Source: Calditrichales bacterium
GTDB taxonomy: Bacteria > Calditrichota > Calditrichia > Calditrichales > J004
DNA length: 64,000 nucleotides
NCBI GenBank assembly: GCA_965267575.1
Contig: OZ254086.1
Location: 4,384,001-4,448,000 of the forward strand
Direction of reading: 5' to 3'
The position numbers were made by a program, and so were the translations under genes. Positions 20,679 through 30,159 of the stretch are shown here, piece by piece. The first letter of the stretch is position 1. Every line of letters begins with the position of its first letter. The notes beneath the pieces were generated by a model. The model made no database searches, had not been told where the DNA came from, and saw only the letters and a list, made by a program, of their open reading frames with translations.

Positions 20679-21232
20679 TGCGTCTATTTATCGCCCTGTC
20701 TCTCAGCGAAAATACAAGTGCCAGGCTTGACGATTACATAAAAACCTTGCGCCCCCTGGCCCGAGAGTTCAAGTGGGTCAAAGCGTCCAACCTGCATCTT
20801 ACGTTAAAATTCCTGGGCGAATGTAACAGCGCGCAAAAAGAAAATATCGTCGCCACATTGCGGGATATTCTGGCAGACACACCGGCTATTAACCTCCAGA
20901 GTACATCACCGGGCTGCTTTCCGCATATCAAAAAACCGCGGGTATTCTTTTTGGGACTTAAACCGGAGCCGCAGCTGATCACTTGCCAAAGCACGATCGA
21001 ACAAGCCATGGCCGCGCTGGGTTTTGAAGCGGAAAGGCGCCCTTTCCGGCCTCATCTTACATTGGCGCGCATAAAAGATCCGTTCAAAGCCGCTCCGAAA
21101 ATGAACAGTCTGTTTGCTCAGCCTTATCCTTCATTTGAGCAAACCTGCGACAGCCTTGAATTGATCCAAAGCCAGCTCACGCCCGCCGGGGCCATCTATA
21201 AAACGGTGCAACGCTTCCCTTTAAAAAAGTAG
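20678..21232 (+). CDS. thpR: RNA 2',3'-cyclic phosphodiesterase (2H family)
   Basis: MRLFIA, two HxT motifs (LHLTLKFLG and PHLTLAR), SQLTPAGAIY. Confidence 0.93.
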   Translation: MRLFIALSLSENTSARLDDYIKTLRPLAREFKWVKASNLHLTLKFLGECNSAQKENIVATLRDILADTPAINLQSTSPGCFPHIKKPRVFFLGLKPEPQLITCQSTIEQAMAALGFEAERRPFRPHLTLARIKDPFKAAPKMNSLFAQPYPSFEQTCDSLELIQSQLTPAGAIYKTVQRFPLKK

Positions 21233-21253
21233 TACAATCGTACAAAAAATTGA

Positions 21254-21282
21254 TTGCAAAAATTAGATATATGTGTTAGTTT
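21254..21282 (+). promoter_or_regulatory. Putative sigma70 promoter of recA
   Basis: TTGCAA (21254-21259), 17-bp spacer, TG-extended TAGTTT (21277-21282). Confidence 0.5.
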
Positions 21283-21328
21283 CCTGCTGTCCCGCCGTTA
21301 AACTGACAATCTTTTGGAGTGAAAAATT

Positions 21329-22360
21329 ATGAGCCAGGAAAAGCAAAAGGCCGTTGATGTAGCCATGACCCAGATCGAGCGCCAGTTTGGAAAAGGCTCG
21401 ATCATGAAGCTGGGCGATCGTGTTAAAGTCAACGTGGATGTTGTGCCCACCGGATCGATCTCTTTGGATTCCGCGTTGGGTGTTGGCGGTGTTCCGCGCG
21501 GCAGAATCACTGAAATTTACGGGCCGGAATCTTCCGGTAAGACTACGCTGGCCCTGCACGTTGTGGCCGAAGCGCAACGCGGCGAAGGACTGGCCGCCTT
21601 TGTGGATGCCGAGCACGCGCTGGACCCCATCTATGCCAAAAAGCTGGGCGTAGACACAACCAACCTGCTGGTCAGCCAGCCCGACAACGGCGAGCAGGCG
21701 CTGGAGATTGTTGAAACGCTGGTACGCAGCGGCGCGCTGGATATTATCGTGGTAGACTCGGTAGCGGCGCTGGTGCCCAAAGCGGAAATCGAAGGTGAGA
21801 TGGGCGACGCCCACATGGGTCTGCAGGCCAGGCTGATGTCGCAGGCACTGCGCAAACTGACCGGAACCGTAAGCAAATCCAACACCTCCGTTATTTTTAT
21901 TAACCAGGTACGCGAAAAGCTGGGCGTTATGTTTGGCAACCCGGAAACAACAACCGGCGGCCGCGCCCTGAAATTCTATACCTCCATCCGCATGGATATC
22001 CGCAGGATCGCGACGATTAAAGAGGCCAATGAGGTGGTAGGTAACCGCACCAAGGTTAAAGTGGTGAAAAACAAGCTGGCCCCGCCCTTCCGCGAGGCTG
22101 AGTTCGATATTATGTACGCCCAGGGTATTTCGCGCGAAGGCGATATCCTGGACCAGGCGGTAACCCATAATATCGTCGATAAATCCGGTACGTGGTTTTC
22201 GTATAAAGAAACACGCCTCGGCCAGGGACGCGAGAATGTAAAACGCTTCCTGAAAGACAATCCGGATATTCTGGACGAAATCATGAAGGACCTTAAGCCC
22301 AAGATGGGTCTGGCGCCTTTGCCGCAGCCCGAACCGGAACAAACCGACGGCAACAAGTAA
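21329..22360 (+). CDS. recA: Recombinase RecA
   Basis: [40 protein letters not shown]. Confidence 0.99.
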   Translation: MSQEKQKAVDVAMTQIERQFGKGSIMKLGDRVKVNVDVVPTGSISLDSALGVGGVPRGRITEIYGPESSGKTTLALHVVAEAQRGEGLAAFVDAEHALDPIYAKKLGVDTTNLLVSQPDNGEQALEIVETLVRSGALDIIVVDSVAALVPKAEIEGEMGDAHMGLQARLMSQALRKLTGTVSKSNTSVIFINQVREKLGVMFGNPETTTGGRALKFYTSIRMDIRRIATIKEANEVVGNRTKVKVVKNKLAPPFREAEFDIMYAQGISREGDILDQAVTHNIVDKSGTWFSYKETRLGQGRENVKRFLKDNPDILDEIMKDLKPKMGLAPLPQPEPEQTDGNK

Positions 22361-22367
22361 AATCATC

Positions 22368-22391
22368 GGCGTCTGAAAGGACGCCTTTTTT
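22368..22391 (+). terminator. Hairpin terminator between recA and recX
   Basis: GGCGTC-tgaaag-GACGCC-TTTTTT directly before the recX ATG. Confidence 0.7.
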
Positions 22392-23036
22392 ATGTCTGAA
22401 ACCATCCGTATTGAAAATGTTGAGCTGCGCAAGCCGCGCCACAAAATTTACACGCTAAGCGATGCGTCGGGCGAAGCGCTTGGCGAGCTTCACGAAAATA
22501 CTATCATCAAGTTCCTTATCCGATCAGGCTCTGAGTTTACTTTTCAGGAGTGGCAAAAGATTATCGCTTATGACGAATATGAAGCCGCGCTGGAGCAGGC
22601 CTACTTCTACCTGCAGCGACGCCAGCACCTGGAAAAAGAGCTGCGCCGAAAGCTTTTTCAAAAAAGATACAGCGCGGAAATTTGCGGCAGGGTCATCGAT
22701 ACGTTGCGCGACAAAGGCTACCTGGACGACGCGGAATTTATTGTTTCCTTTATAAAAGACCAGTTGCTTACAAAACGCTCCGGACCACTGCGCATAAAAA
22801 GCAAGCTGCTGGAAAAAGGCGCTTCCATGGACCATGTAGATGATTCCCTGGCTGAGCTATACAGCCGCGAACAGCAACTTGAGAATGCCCGCTTCCTGCT
22901 AAGCAAAAAAGCGCAGGGCCCGGCAACCATAACAATCGATGAAAAGCAGAAACTGGTACGCCACCTGCAAAACCGCGGCTTTACCTGGAATATTATTGAA
23001 CAGGCGCTTTACGAGGAAAAGCTGGAGACGGAATAG
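22392..23036 (+). CDS. recX: Regulatory protein RecX
   Basis: Follows recA; EKELRRKL, GYLDDAEF, GPLRIKSKLLEKG, LQNRGF. Confidence 0.9.
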   Translation: MSETIRIENVELRKPRHKIYTLSDASGEALGELHENTIIKFLIRSGSEFTFQEWQKIIAYDEYEAALEQAYFYLQRRQHLEKELRRKLFQKRYSAEICGRVIDTLRDKGYLDDAEFIVSFIKDQLLTKRSGPLRIKSKLLEKGASMDHVDDSLAELYSREQQLENARFLLSKKAQGPATITIDEKQKLVRHLQNRGFTWNIIEQALYEEKLETE

Positions 23037-23081
23037 GGATTTTACGAAAATCTGAATGAATGTCGCGTTACAGGATAACGT

Positions 23082-23444
23082 CTAAACGCCTAGTTGCTTT
23101 TTAATACGTTCTATGAAGCTGGGGAAAAAAAGCGGTTTTTCAAAAAAGATGTCGCGGTGGTCAGTCAATACATCGCTGAAGCCCATGGCATGGGCAGAGA
23201 CCAGGAAAACCGGTATCGCCTTGAATTCCGATGCCTGCAGCCAACGGTAAAAATCCACCCCGTTTTCGCCCGGCAGTCCGATATCGGTAATGACCATATG
23301 GATTGTTTTTGCGGCCAATATTTCGCGTGCCTGGCGCGTATTTAACGCCAGCTCCGTATCGAAACCGGCCTTTTGCAAAAATACACGGGCCAATAATCCC
23401 GCCTGATAATCGTCATCAATGTAAAGCACCGTTTTAGCCTGCAT
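23082..23444 (-). CDS. Stand-alone response regulator receiver domain
   Basis: YIDDD, TDIGLPGENG, SA and KP motifs. Confidence 0.88.
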   Translation of the reverse strand: MQAKTVLYIDDDYQAGLLARVFLQKAGFDTELALNTRQAREILAAKTIHMVITDIGLPGENGVDFYRWLQASEFKAIPVFLVSAHAMGFSDVLTDHRDIFFEKPLFFPSFIERIKKQLGV

Positions 23445-23585
23445 GCTGCCAATCCATACTTATTGTTAAAAATTTTCTCTTTTTATAAATTGAAGGATTG
23501 TTAAAAATAACCCGTTAATGGCTAAAATACTATACGGCGTGTGACGCAACCGGGAAAATCTCTCAAATAAAGGAATATTTTTTCT

Positions 23586-26201
23586 ATGACAGCCAATGAA
23601 ATCAGAAAACAGTTTATAGATTTTTTTAAGGACAAAAAGCATACTTTTGTGCCCAGTTCACCGGTCGTACCGCAGGATGATCCGACACTGCTCTTTACCA
23701 ACGCCGGCATGAACCAGTTTAAGGATGTTTTTCTCGGTAAGGGCGATCGCGCCTATTCACGTGCCGTCAATTCTCAAAAATGCATCCGCGTCAGTGGCAA
23801 GCACAACGACCTTGAAGAGGTGGGTCACGATACATACCACCATACTTTTTTCGAGATGCTGGGCAACTGGTCGTTTGGCGATTATTACAAGAAAGAAGCC
23901 ATTGCCTGGGCCTGGGAGTTGCTGACGGAAGTCTGGAAGATGCCCAAGGATCGTTTGTATGCGACTGTTTTTGGCGGCGATGAAGATGACGGTTTGGCCG
24001 CGGACGAAGAGGCCGAAAAGATGTGGCGCGACGTCACCGATATCGACCCGTCACATATATTGCGTTTCGGAAAAGATGACAATTTCTGGGAAATGGGCAA
24101 CACCGGACCCTGCGGCCCCTGCTCTGAGATTCATATTGATCTGACGCCGGACAAAAGCGGCGGCAAGCTGGTAAATGCCGGCGTTGCAGATGTGATCGAG
24201 ATCTGGAACCTGGTTTTCATTCAGTATAACCGTGACGATAGTGGTAAGCTGAGTACGCTGCCGGCGAAACATGTTGATACGGGTGCCGGCTTCGAACGGC
24301 TGGTCGCCGTGCTGCAGAAAAAAAGCTCCAACTATGATACCGATGTTTTTCAACCGATCCTTGATGAAATCGGCAAAATTTGCGGGACCAGCTATGCCGA
24401 CTCTTCAGAAAAAATTGCCTTCCGCGTTATTGCAGACCATATACGCATGCTGACTTTTTCCATTGGCGACGGCGGCCTACCCTCCAATGAAGGTCGCGGT
24501 TATGTGATTCGACGTATTCTGCGTCGTGCCGCGCGCTATGGCCGCAAGCTGGGTCTGCACGATCCCTTCATCCATAAACTTGTACCCTGCGTGGTTAAAC
24601 ATATGGGCGATGCTTTTCCGGAAGCGAAAGACCGCGCCAGGCACATTGCTAAAATCATTCGGGCTGAAGAGGAACAATTTAACCGCACGCTGGATCGCGG
24701 CCTGGAAATCTTCGAAAAGATCAAACAGGAGCTTAACGGCAAAAAGGCAACTGTTATCCCCGGCAGCGATGTATTCCGGCTTTACGATACTTACGGCTTT
24801 CCCGTGGACCTGACCCGTGTTCTGGCTGATGAAAACGCGCTGACAATCGATCTGGAAGGATTCGAAAAGGAGATGGAAAAGCAGCGCGAACGTGCACGGG
24901 CAGCGGCCAAATTTGAATCCCAGCAGGTGGAAACGGGCTCCTGGACGGTTCTGAATGAAGGCCCCGATTCTGAATTTGTGGGTTATGACGAAACAAGCCT
25001 GGAAACAAAAATCAGTCGCTACGCCCGCAAGAACGGCACGGTTATACTGCGCCTGCAGCGGACGCCTTTCTATGCCGAATCCGGCGGCCAGGTGGGCGAC
25101 AAGGGTGTAATACGCGGCAAGGATTTTGAACTAAAGGTCATAGATACACAAAAGCAGGGTGACGCCATCATCCATATTTGCGAAGATGGCAAAGAGTTTA
25201 AGCCCGCTGAAGATAACGTAAAAGCCACGATCACCGAATCGGACAGGCGCCGGACGGTAAAAAACCACACGGCCACGCACCTGCTGCATGCGGCACTGCG
25301 CGAGATTCTGGGCGATCATGTGCATCAGGCCGGTTCGCTGGTGGAGCCGGAGAGGCTGCGTTTTGACTTTACCCATTTTGAACGTGTAACTCCCGAACAA
25401 ATCGAAAAGCTGGAGACGATCGTTAATGATCAGATACAGCGCGACTTGCCGCTGAAGATTGAGAATAAAAACTTCCAGGAAGCCAAGGCCGAAGGCGCCA
25501 TGGCCCTTTTCGGCGAGAAATACGGGGACGAAGTGCGCACCATCCGGATTGCCGATTTCAGCTACGAATTGTGCGGCGGCACGCATGTTAAAAGTACCGG
25601 TGAGATCGGTTTTTTTGTTATCACGTCCGAAAGCAGCATTGCTTCCGGTGTGCGGCGCATTGAAGCAATAACAGGTCCCGCTGCTGTGGCTTACGCGCAG
25701 GAAAACCGGCGCAATCTGGCTAAAGCCAGCCATCTTCTTAACACCAACGAGCACGATTTACCGGAAAAGATTTCGGCCTTGCTGGAAGAACGGCGCAAGC
25801 TGGAAAAACAGCTCGCCGAAGCACAATCTGCCCGGCTTAGTGAAGGCTTGGACAGCATTATCGCCTCAGCGCAGGAACTGAACGGTATTTCCGTAATAAC
25901 CCATCATGGGGATAATCAGGATACCGATCAGCTAAAGGACCTGGCCGATAAAATCCGCAACAAAGCCAGTAATACGGTTGCCCTGCTGGCATCAAAGCTT
26001 CCGGACAAGCTGATGTTTGTCTGCCTGGTAACAGACGATCTGCTTAAGGAAAAACGTTTTAATGCCGGTAACCTGGTGCGCGAAGTGGCTAAAGTTGCCG
26101 GTGGCGGTGGTGGCGGACGGCCGCATATGGCCACAGCCGGCGGCAAAGATATCTCCAAACTGAACGACGCCTTTAAAAAATTCAGGGAACTGCTTAGTTA
26201 A
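23586..26201 (+). CDS. alaS: Alanine--tRNA ligase
   Basis: DPTLLFTNAGMNQFK, GPCGPCSEI, HTATHLLH, ELCGGTH, GGGGGRP. Confidence 0.99.
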   Translation: MTANEIRKQFIDFFKDKKHTFVPSSPVVPQDDPTLLFTNAGMNQFKDVFLGKGDRAYSRAVNSQKCIRVSGKHNDLEEVGHDTYHHTFFEMLGNWSFGDYYKKEAIAWAWELLTEVWKMPKDRLYATVFGGDEDDGLAADEEAEKMWRDVTDIDPSHILRFGKDDNFWEMGNTGPCGPCSEIHIDLTPDKSGGKLVNAGVADVIEIWNLVFIQYNRDDSGKLSTLPAKHVDTGAGFERLVAVLQKKSSNYDTDVFQPILDEIGKICGTSYADSSEKIAFRVIADHIRMLTFSIGDGGLPSNEGRGYVIRRILRRAARYGRKLGLHDPFIHKLVPCVVKHMGDAFPEAKDRARHIAKIIRAEEEQFNRTLDRGLEIFEKIKQELNGKKATVIPGSDVFRLYDTYGFPVDLTRVLADENALTIDLEGFEKEMEKQRERARAAAKFESQQVETGSWTVLNEGPDSEFVGYDETSLETKISRYARKNGTVILRLQRTPFYAESGGQVGDKGVIRGKDFELKVIDTQKQGDAIIHICEDGKEFKPAEDNVKATITESDRRRTVKNHTATHLLHAALREILGDHVHQAGSLVEPERLRFDFTHFERVTPEQIEKLETIVNDQIQRDLPLKIENKNFQEAKAEGAMALFGEKYGDEVRTIRIADFSYELCGGTHVKSTGEIGFFVITSESSIASGVRRIEAITGPAAVAYAQENRRNLAKASHLLNTNEHDLPEKISALLEERRKLEKQLAEAQSARLSEGLDSIIASAQELNGISVITHHGDNQDTDQLKDLADKIRNKASNTVALLASKLPDKLMFVCLVTDDLLKEKRFNAGNLVREVAKVAGGGGGGRPHMATAGGKDISKLNDAFKKFRELLS

Positions 26202-26241
26202 TTTTTGAAGGCAGCAATGGCGGGGTAATAACGATTAAGCT

Positions 26242-26949
26242 ATGGCAACTAAAATGAGTGCAGGCCAGGGAACACCACCCATCGTACCATACATTCGCGA
26301 GGAGCTTAAAAAATACGCTGACCCTGAACAGGCCGGCCCGATGCAGGCCTATATGAAGACCGACCAGCCGTTTTATGGCGTCAAAGCGCCGCAGCGTGCT
26401 GCCATATTTAAAGAAGCCAAAAAGAAATTTCCTGTTAAAAGTCGGGAAGAATACGAAACCGCGGTTCTTGAGCTGTGGCGGGGAGAAACCCGTGAAGAGC
26501 AATACATGGGACTGGACGTCGCCACGCATTTTAAAAAATTTCGCACCGCGGAAAGCTGGCAGCTATATGAGAAACTGGCAGCGGAAGCTGAAAACTGGGA
26601 TACGCTGGACTGGATCGCTTCGCACCTTATAGGACTGCTGGTTTTAAAGCATCCTCACTTCGAAAGAGAACTAGAGCGGTTGGCTGCTTCGGAAAATTTC
26701 TGGCTACGCCGTACCGCTCTGCTGGCCCACCTGAAACATAAGCAGGAAACCAATACGGCCCTTCTGGAAAAACTTATTCTGCAGATGGCCCACGAAGACG
26801 AATTTTTCATCCGCAAAGCCATCGGCTGGGTGTTGCGCGAGTACTCCAAAACAAACCCGCAATGGGTGATTGAATTTGTGGAAAAGCACGGCGAGCGCCT
26901 CTCCCCGTTAAGCAAGAAGGAAGCGCTGAAGGTGGTGGAGAAAAGGTAG
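26242..26949 (+). CDS. DNA alkylation repair protein (AlkD-like HEAT-repeat family)
   Basis: MQAYMK..FYGV, NWDTLD, NFWLRR, EFFIRKAIGWVLREYSK. Confidence 0.9.
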   Translation: MATKMSAGQGTPPIVPYIREELKKYADPEQAGPMQAYMKTDQPFYGVKAPQRAAIFKEAKKKFPVKSREEYETAVLELWRGETREEQYMGLDVATHFKKFRTAESWQLYEKLAAEAENWDTLDWIASHLIGLLVLKHPHFERELERLAASENFWLRRTALLAHLKHKQETNTALLEKLILQMAHEDEFFIRKAIGWVLREYSKTNPQWVIEFVEKHGERLSPLSKKEALKVVEKR

Positions 26950-26978
26950 TTTGCTTTATTTTGCCGTGGTAATGTTTA

Positions 26979-27509
26979 TTGAGCAACATATTAAAAACTA
27001 TGATTAACCCTACAAGAAAAAATTCGCAGCTTTTAGATAAAACATCTGCTCTCCTAATTCTTTCTGCATTAAAATCAAAAACGCTAAAGCTATCCTGGCA
27101 AGATAATGGGACAGTGTTTTTCGAAATTGGAGACTTAGTTCAGGAACAAAATCGAAATAGACCGCAGGGCGAGTTTTCGTTGATGATTGACTCTCCCTGG
27201 AGGTTTGAAAAGTATGATCAAATTGTATGTTCTTCAGCCTTTGATGAATGGCAACGAGATAAGTTTTTAGAAAGGTTCAGTGAGCAAAATATATTAAAAA
27301 CAAATCTATTCACTTTTTGTAATGATTTAGAAATCCAATTTGATAAAATTAAATTTAGGCAATTTTGTGTGGACTCAAATTTGAATTCATGGTCTCTTTA
27401 TGTTAGAAACGAGAATAAAAAGTATTTAAAAACAGGTCCCCATTCATTTTGGCTATATTTTGAAAATAATCAGTTTCTAATTGAATTTAAAACCAACGGC
27501 GAAAGGTAG
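26979..27509 (+). CDS. AT-rich hypothetical protein
   Basis: 176-aa ORF in a visibly AT-rich patch; alternative ATG start at 27000. Confidence 0.6.
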   Translation: MSNILKTMINPTRKNSQLLDKTSALLILSALKSKTLKLSWQDNGTVFFEIGDLVQEQNRNRPQGEFSLMIDSPWRFEKYDQIVCSSAFDEWQRDKFLERFSEQNILKTNLFTFCNDLEIQFDKIKFRQFCVDSNLNSWSLYVRNENKKYLKTGPHSFWLYFENNQFLIEFKTNGER

Positions 27510-27657
27510 CAACGTCCTTATATAACACAATTGCACGTGTGACTGTAGGAAAATGTTCTTGCGAGTTTATTGATTCTTCGATTGTCACTAGTATTTTTAA
27601 AGAGGTAGCCTAATTTTGATACGACGATTCACTTTTCCAATAAATCCTTCACCCACT

Positions 27658-29331
27658 TCACACCTGTTTCTTCATGGCATCCGCCACTCGAAAGGCATTG
27701 GCATAAATTGTCCAGGTGTAAGGCACGCTGCCACCGGTGGGCATAAAGCTGCCGTCGGTTACAAACAGGTTATCGCAATCGTGTACGCGGCACTCTTTGT
27801 CCAGAACGGATGTTTTTGGATCATTGCCAAAGCGCGCGCCGCCGGCCTGCAGGTTGGGTGGCGGAGCGCCACTTACGCTCCAGCGGATATTTTTGGCGCC
27901 CATTTCCTGCAGCACATTTTCAGCCTTTGCCGCCAGAAAGCGCCCTACTTTCAGGTCATGCGGATGATAGCCCGTGCGGAAACGCGCCACCGGCGATCCC
28001 CATTTATCTTTCACATTGGAATCCAGGGATACAAAGCAATCGTCCGTGGGCAGCCAGTCGTTGAACACTTCAAAGCGCAGATAGCGGCCTTCGGTAAAAT
28101 AGCTCTTCATCTTGTTTTTGAGGGCGCTGCCCCACACCAGGCCGTCGGGTCCCCATTTCTGGCTGTTGGCGCGGCTGATACCGTTGGCGTGACGGAACAG
28201 AAAATCAATCGTGCCGCCTTTTATCGCCTTACCGCTATCGGGATCATCGTAATAATACCAGTCCTGCAAGGCGCGGTTTACGAAAAGTCCCTTCACTTTA
28301 AGACCGGCTACTGCTTCCGGGTCCAGCCCGTCAAACGGAAAATCGCCCGTGCCGGAACCGCCGGCTGAAAACAGCAGGTTTTTACCCACCTGCCCGTTAT
28401 TATTTCCAAGTCCGTTCAAATGCTTTGGCCCGCTTGAGGCCAGCAACAAGCGCGCGGTTTCGATTGCCTGGCAGGCCACCACATACATCTTTGCCGTCAC
28501 CGTCTTTTTATTGCCGTCCTTGTCAAAATAGCCCACCGCATTGACACGGCCTTCGGTATCGCTGAACAGCTTATACACTTTGCTGTGCGGCCACACCTGG
28601 CAATTGCCCGTTCTCACCGCGGGATCGATCAATGCCGCCCGTGCGCTGCCTTTGGCTTTTGTGCTGCAACCATAACTACCGCAGAAATTGGAATAGGAGC
28701 ATCCGCCGCGCTGTAATGCGGGATACGGCAAAATCGCACGCGGTACGGGAATGGGATGATAGCCCAGTTTTTTGGCGCTGTTGTCAATCCATTGCGAGAT
28801 AGGATGCTCCAGCGTGGCTGCAAATGGAAAATCCTTGCTTGAGCGCGGTTCCAGGTGCGGATGCGGCACGACCTTTCCGGAGACACCCACTACTTCTTCC
28901 ACTTTTCGGTAATACGGCTCCAGATCATTATAGCTGATCGGCCAGTCGGCGACATTCGCCCCCTTAATGGGACCAAATTCAGAAAGAAGCCGGAAGTCCC
29001 GCGGCTTGAGCCGGTGGAAATATCCGCTCATCAGGTTACTGGAGCCGCCTACCATATTGCCGTTCCAAAAATCCACGCCGGAATCGTAGGTGGCTGTTGC
29101 TTCCCATTCACCGTCGCCGGCACTTCGTTCAAGCACATGCTGCTCATCCTGCAGCCGCGGTGTGTACACGCGCCGCCGGCAGCAGGTAATCTCATCTTTG
29201 GAAAAATCCTGCTCCGTGAACCATGGACCTTTTTCCAAAACCAGCACCGAATACCCGGCTTGAGCCATTTCATAGGCAACCGGTCCGCCGCCCGCGCCGC
29301 TGCCAATTACAATTACATCAAAGTCTTTCAT
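27658..29331 (-). CDS. GMC-family flavoprotein oxidoreductase (gluconate 2-dehydrogenase large subunit-like)
   Basis: VIVIGSGAGG, VGGSS, Fe-S-like CSYSNFCGSYGC, NLFVTDGSFMPT. Confidence 0.9.
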   Translation of the reverse strand: MKDFDVIVIGSGAGGGPVAYEMAQAGYSVLVLEKGPWFTEQDFSKDEITCCRRRVYTPRLQDEQHVLERSAGDGEWEATATYDSGVDFWNGNMVGGSSNLMSGYFHRLKPRDFRLLSEFGPIKGANVADWPISYNDLEPYYRKVEEVVGVSGKVVPHPHLEPRSSKDFPFAATLEHPISQWIDNSAKKLGYHPIPVPRAILPYPALQRGGCSYSNFCGSYGCSTKAKGSARAALIDPAVRTGNCQVWPHSKVYKLFSDTEGRVNAVGYFDKDGNKKTVTAKMYVVACQAIETARLLLASSGPKHLNGLGNNNGQVGKNLLFSAGGSGTGDFPFDGLDPEAVAGLKVKGLFVNRALQDWYYYDDPDSGKAIKGGTIDFLFRHANGISRANSQKWGPDGLVWGSALKNKMKSYFTEGRYLRFEVFNDWLPTDDCFVSLDSNVKDKWGSPVARFRTGYHPHDLKVGRFLAAKAENVLQEMGAKNIRWSVSGAPPPNLQAGGARFGNDPKTSVLDKECRVHDCDNLFVTDGSFMPTGGSVPYTWTIYANAFRVADAMKKQV

Positions 29332-29339
29332 TTTTTACC

Positions 29340-29957
29340 TCATCCGATATCGGGCTTGTACATGGTCTCTTTGGTTGGCCTGGGGTAGCCGGGATAATGC
29401 TCCAGCCATTTCCAGCCTTTTTGGTCGGGATTGCCTCCGTACAGGGGGTCTGCCAGAAGGGCTTCAAAAATGTAAAGCAGAACCACGGCAAGCCAGGATT
29501 CACCCCAACCATAGGACTCCACATGGCGTAACAAACGCTCCAGTTCTTCACCCTCAAAATCCAGCGTTGAGCTTTTACCCAGTTCTATGGCCTCTTCCTC
29601 AACCCAGTCAATCCCACTGCGAATAAACTCGCGGTGTTCCGGATCGACCTTTTTGTCCAGCACAACCACCTGGATGTACTCTGCTGCTCTCAATTCCTCA
29701 ACGCCGGGTCCATCGCCGTCATCCGGCCACAAATGGCTCTGGATATGTTTTAAAACACGCCATTGTTTTTCACTGAAGGCCCTGGCGTCACGGCCTTCTG
29801 CCGGCGTCGGGCCGGACAAAATGCCGGCAGGCACGGAAAGGGCGAGAAAAGCGGCACCGCTGCTTTTTAAGAACGAACGTCTGTCCATTTGCAGCAACAG
29901 CCTCTTTGTTGCTTCCGGAACGGTGCGTTCCAGGGGCGTTTGTTCATTGCGTATCAT
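29340..29957 (-). CDS. Gluconate 2-dehydrogenase subunit 3 family protein, Tat-exported
   Basis: Tat motif DRRSFLK, ADPLYGGNPDQKGWKWL..PG. Confidence 0.88.
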   Translation of the reverse strand: MIRNEQTPLERTVPEATKRLLLQMDRRSFLKSSGAAFLALSVPAGILSGPTPAEGRDARAFSEKQWRVLKHIQSHLWPDDGDGPGVEELRAAEYIQVVVLDKKVDPEHREFIRSGIDWVEEEAIELGKSSTLDFEGEELERLLRHVESYGWGESWLAVVLLYIFEALLADPLYGGNPDQKGWKWLEHYPGYPRPTKETMYKPDIG

Positions 29958-30159
29958 TATTTAATCTCCTTTTTCAGGCATCAAGTTAGGCCGCACAGAT
30001 TCACTAAAAAACAATATTTTCTAACAAAATGATAAAATAGTTTGGCATATTTCCGCCGCCATGTCTTTTTCTGGTCAATAAGCAGAAGATAATGCGCCGA
30101 TATTTAAAGAAAAGGTAAAAGAAATCGAATTTAATTGCGGGCGAAAGAAAAATACTTAC

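Noticed and set aside
21263..22444. 393-aa ORF antisense to recA
   Set aside because: A shadow ORF on the opposite strand of a highly conserved gene, with no recognisable motifs.
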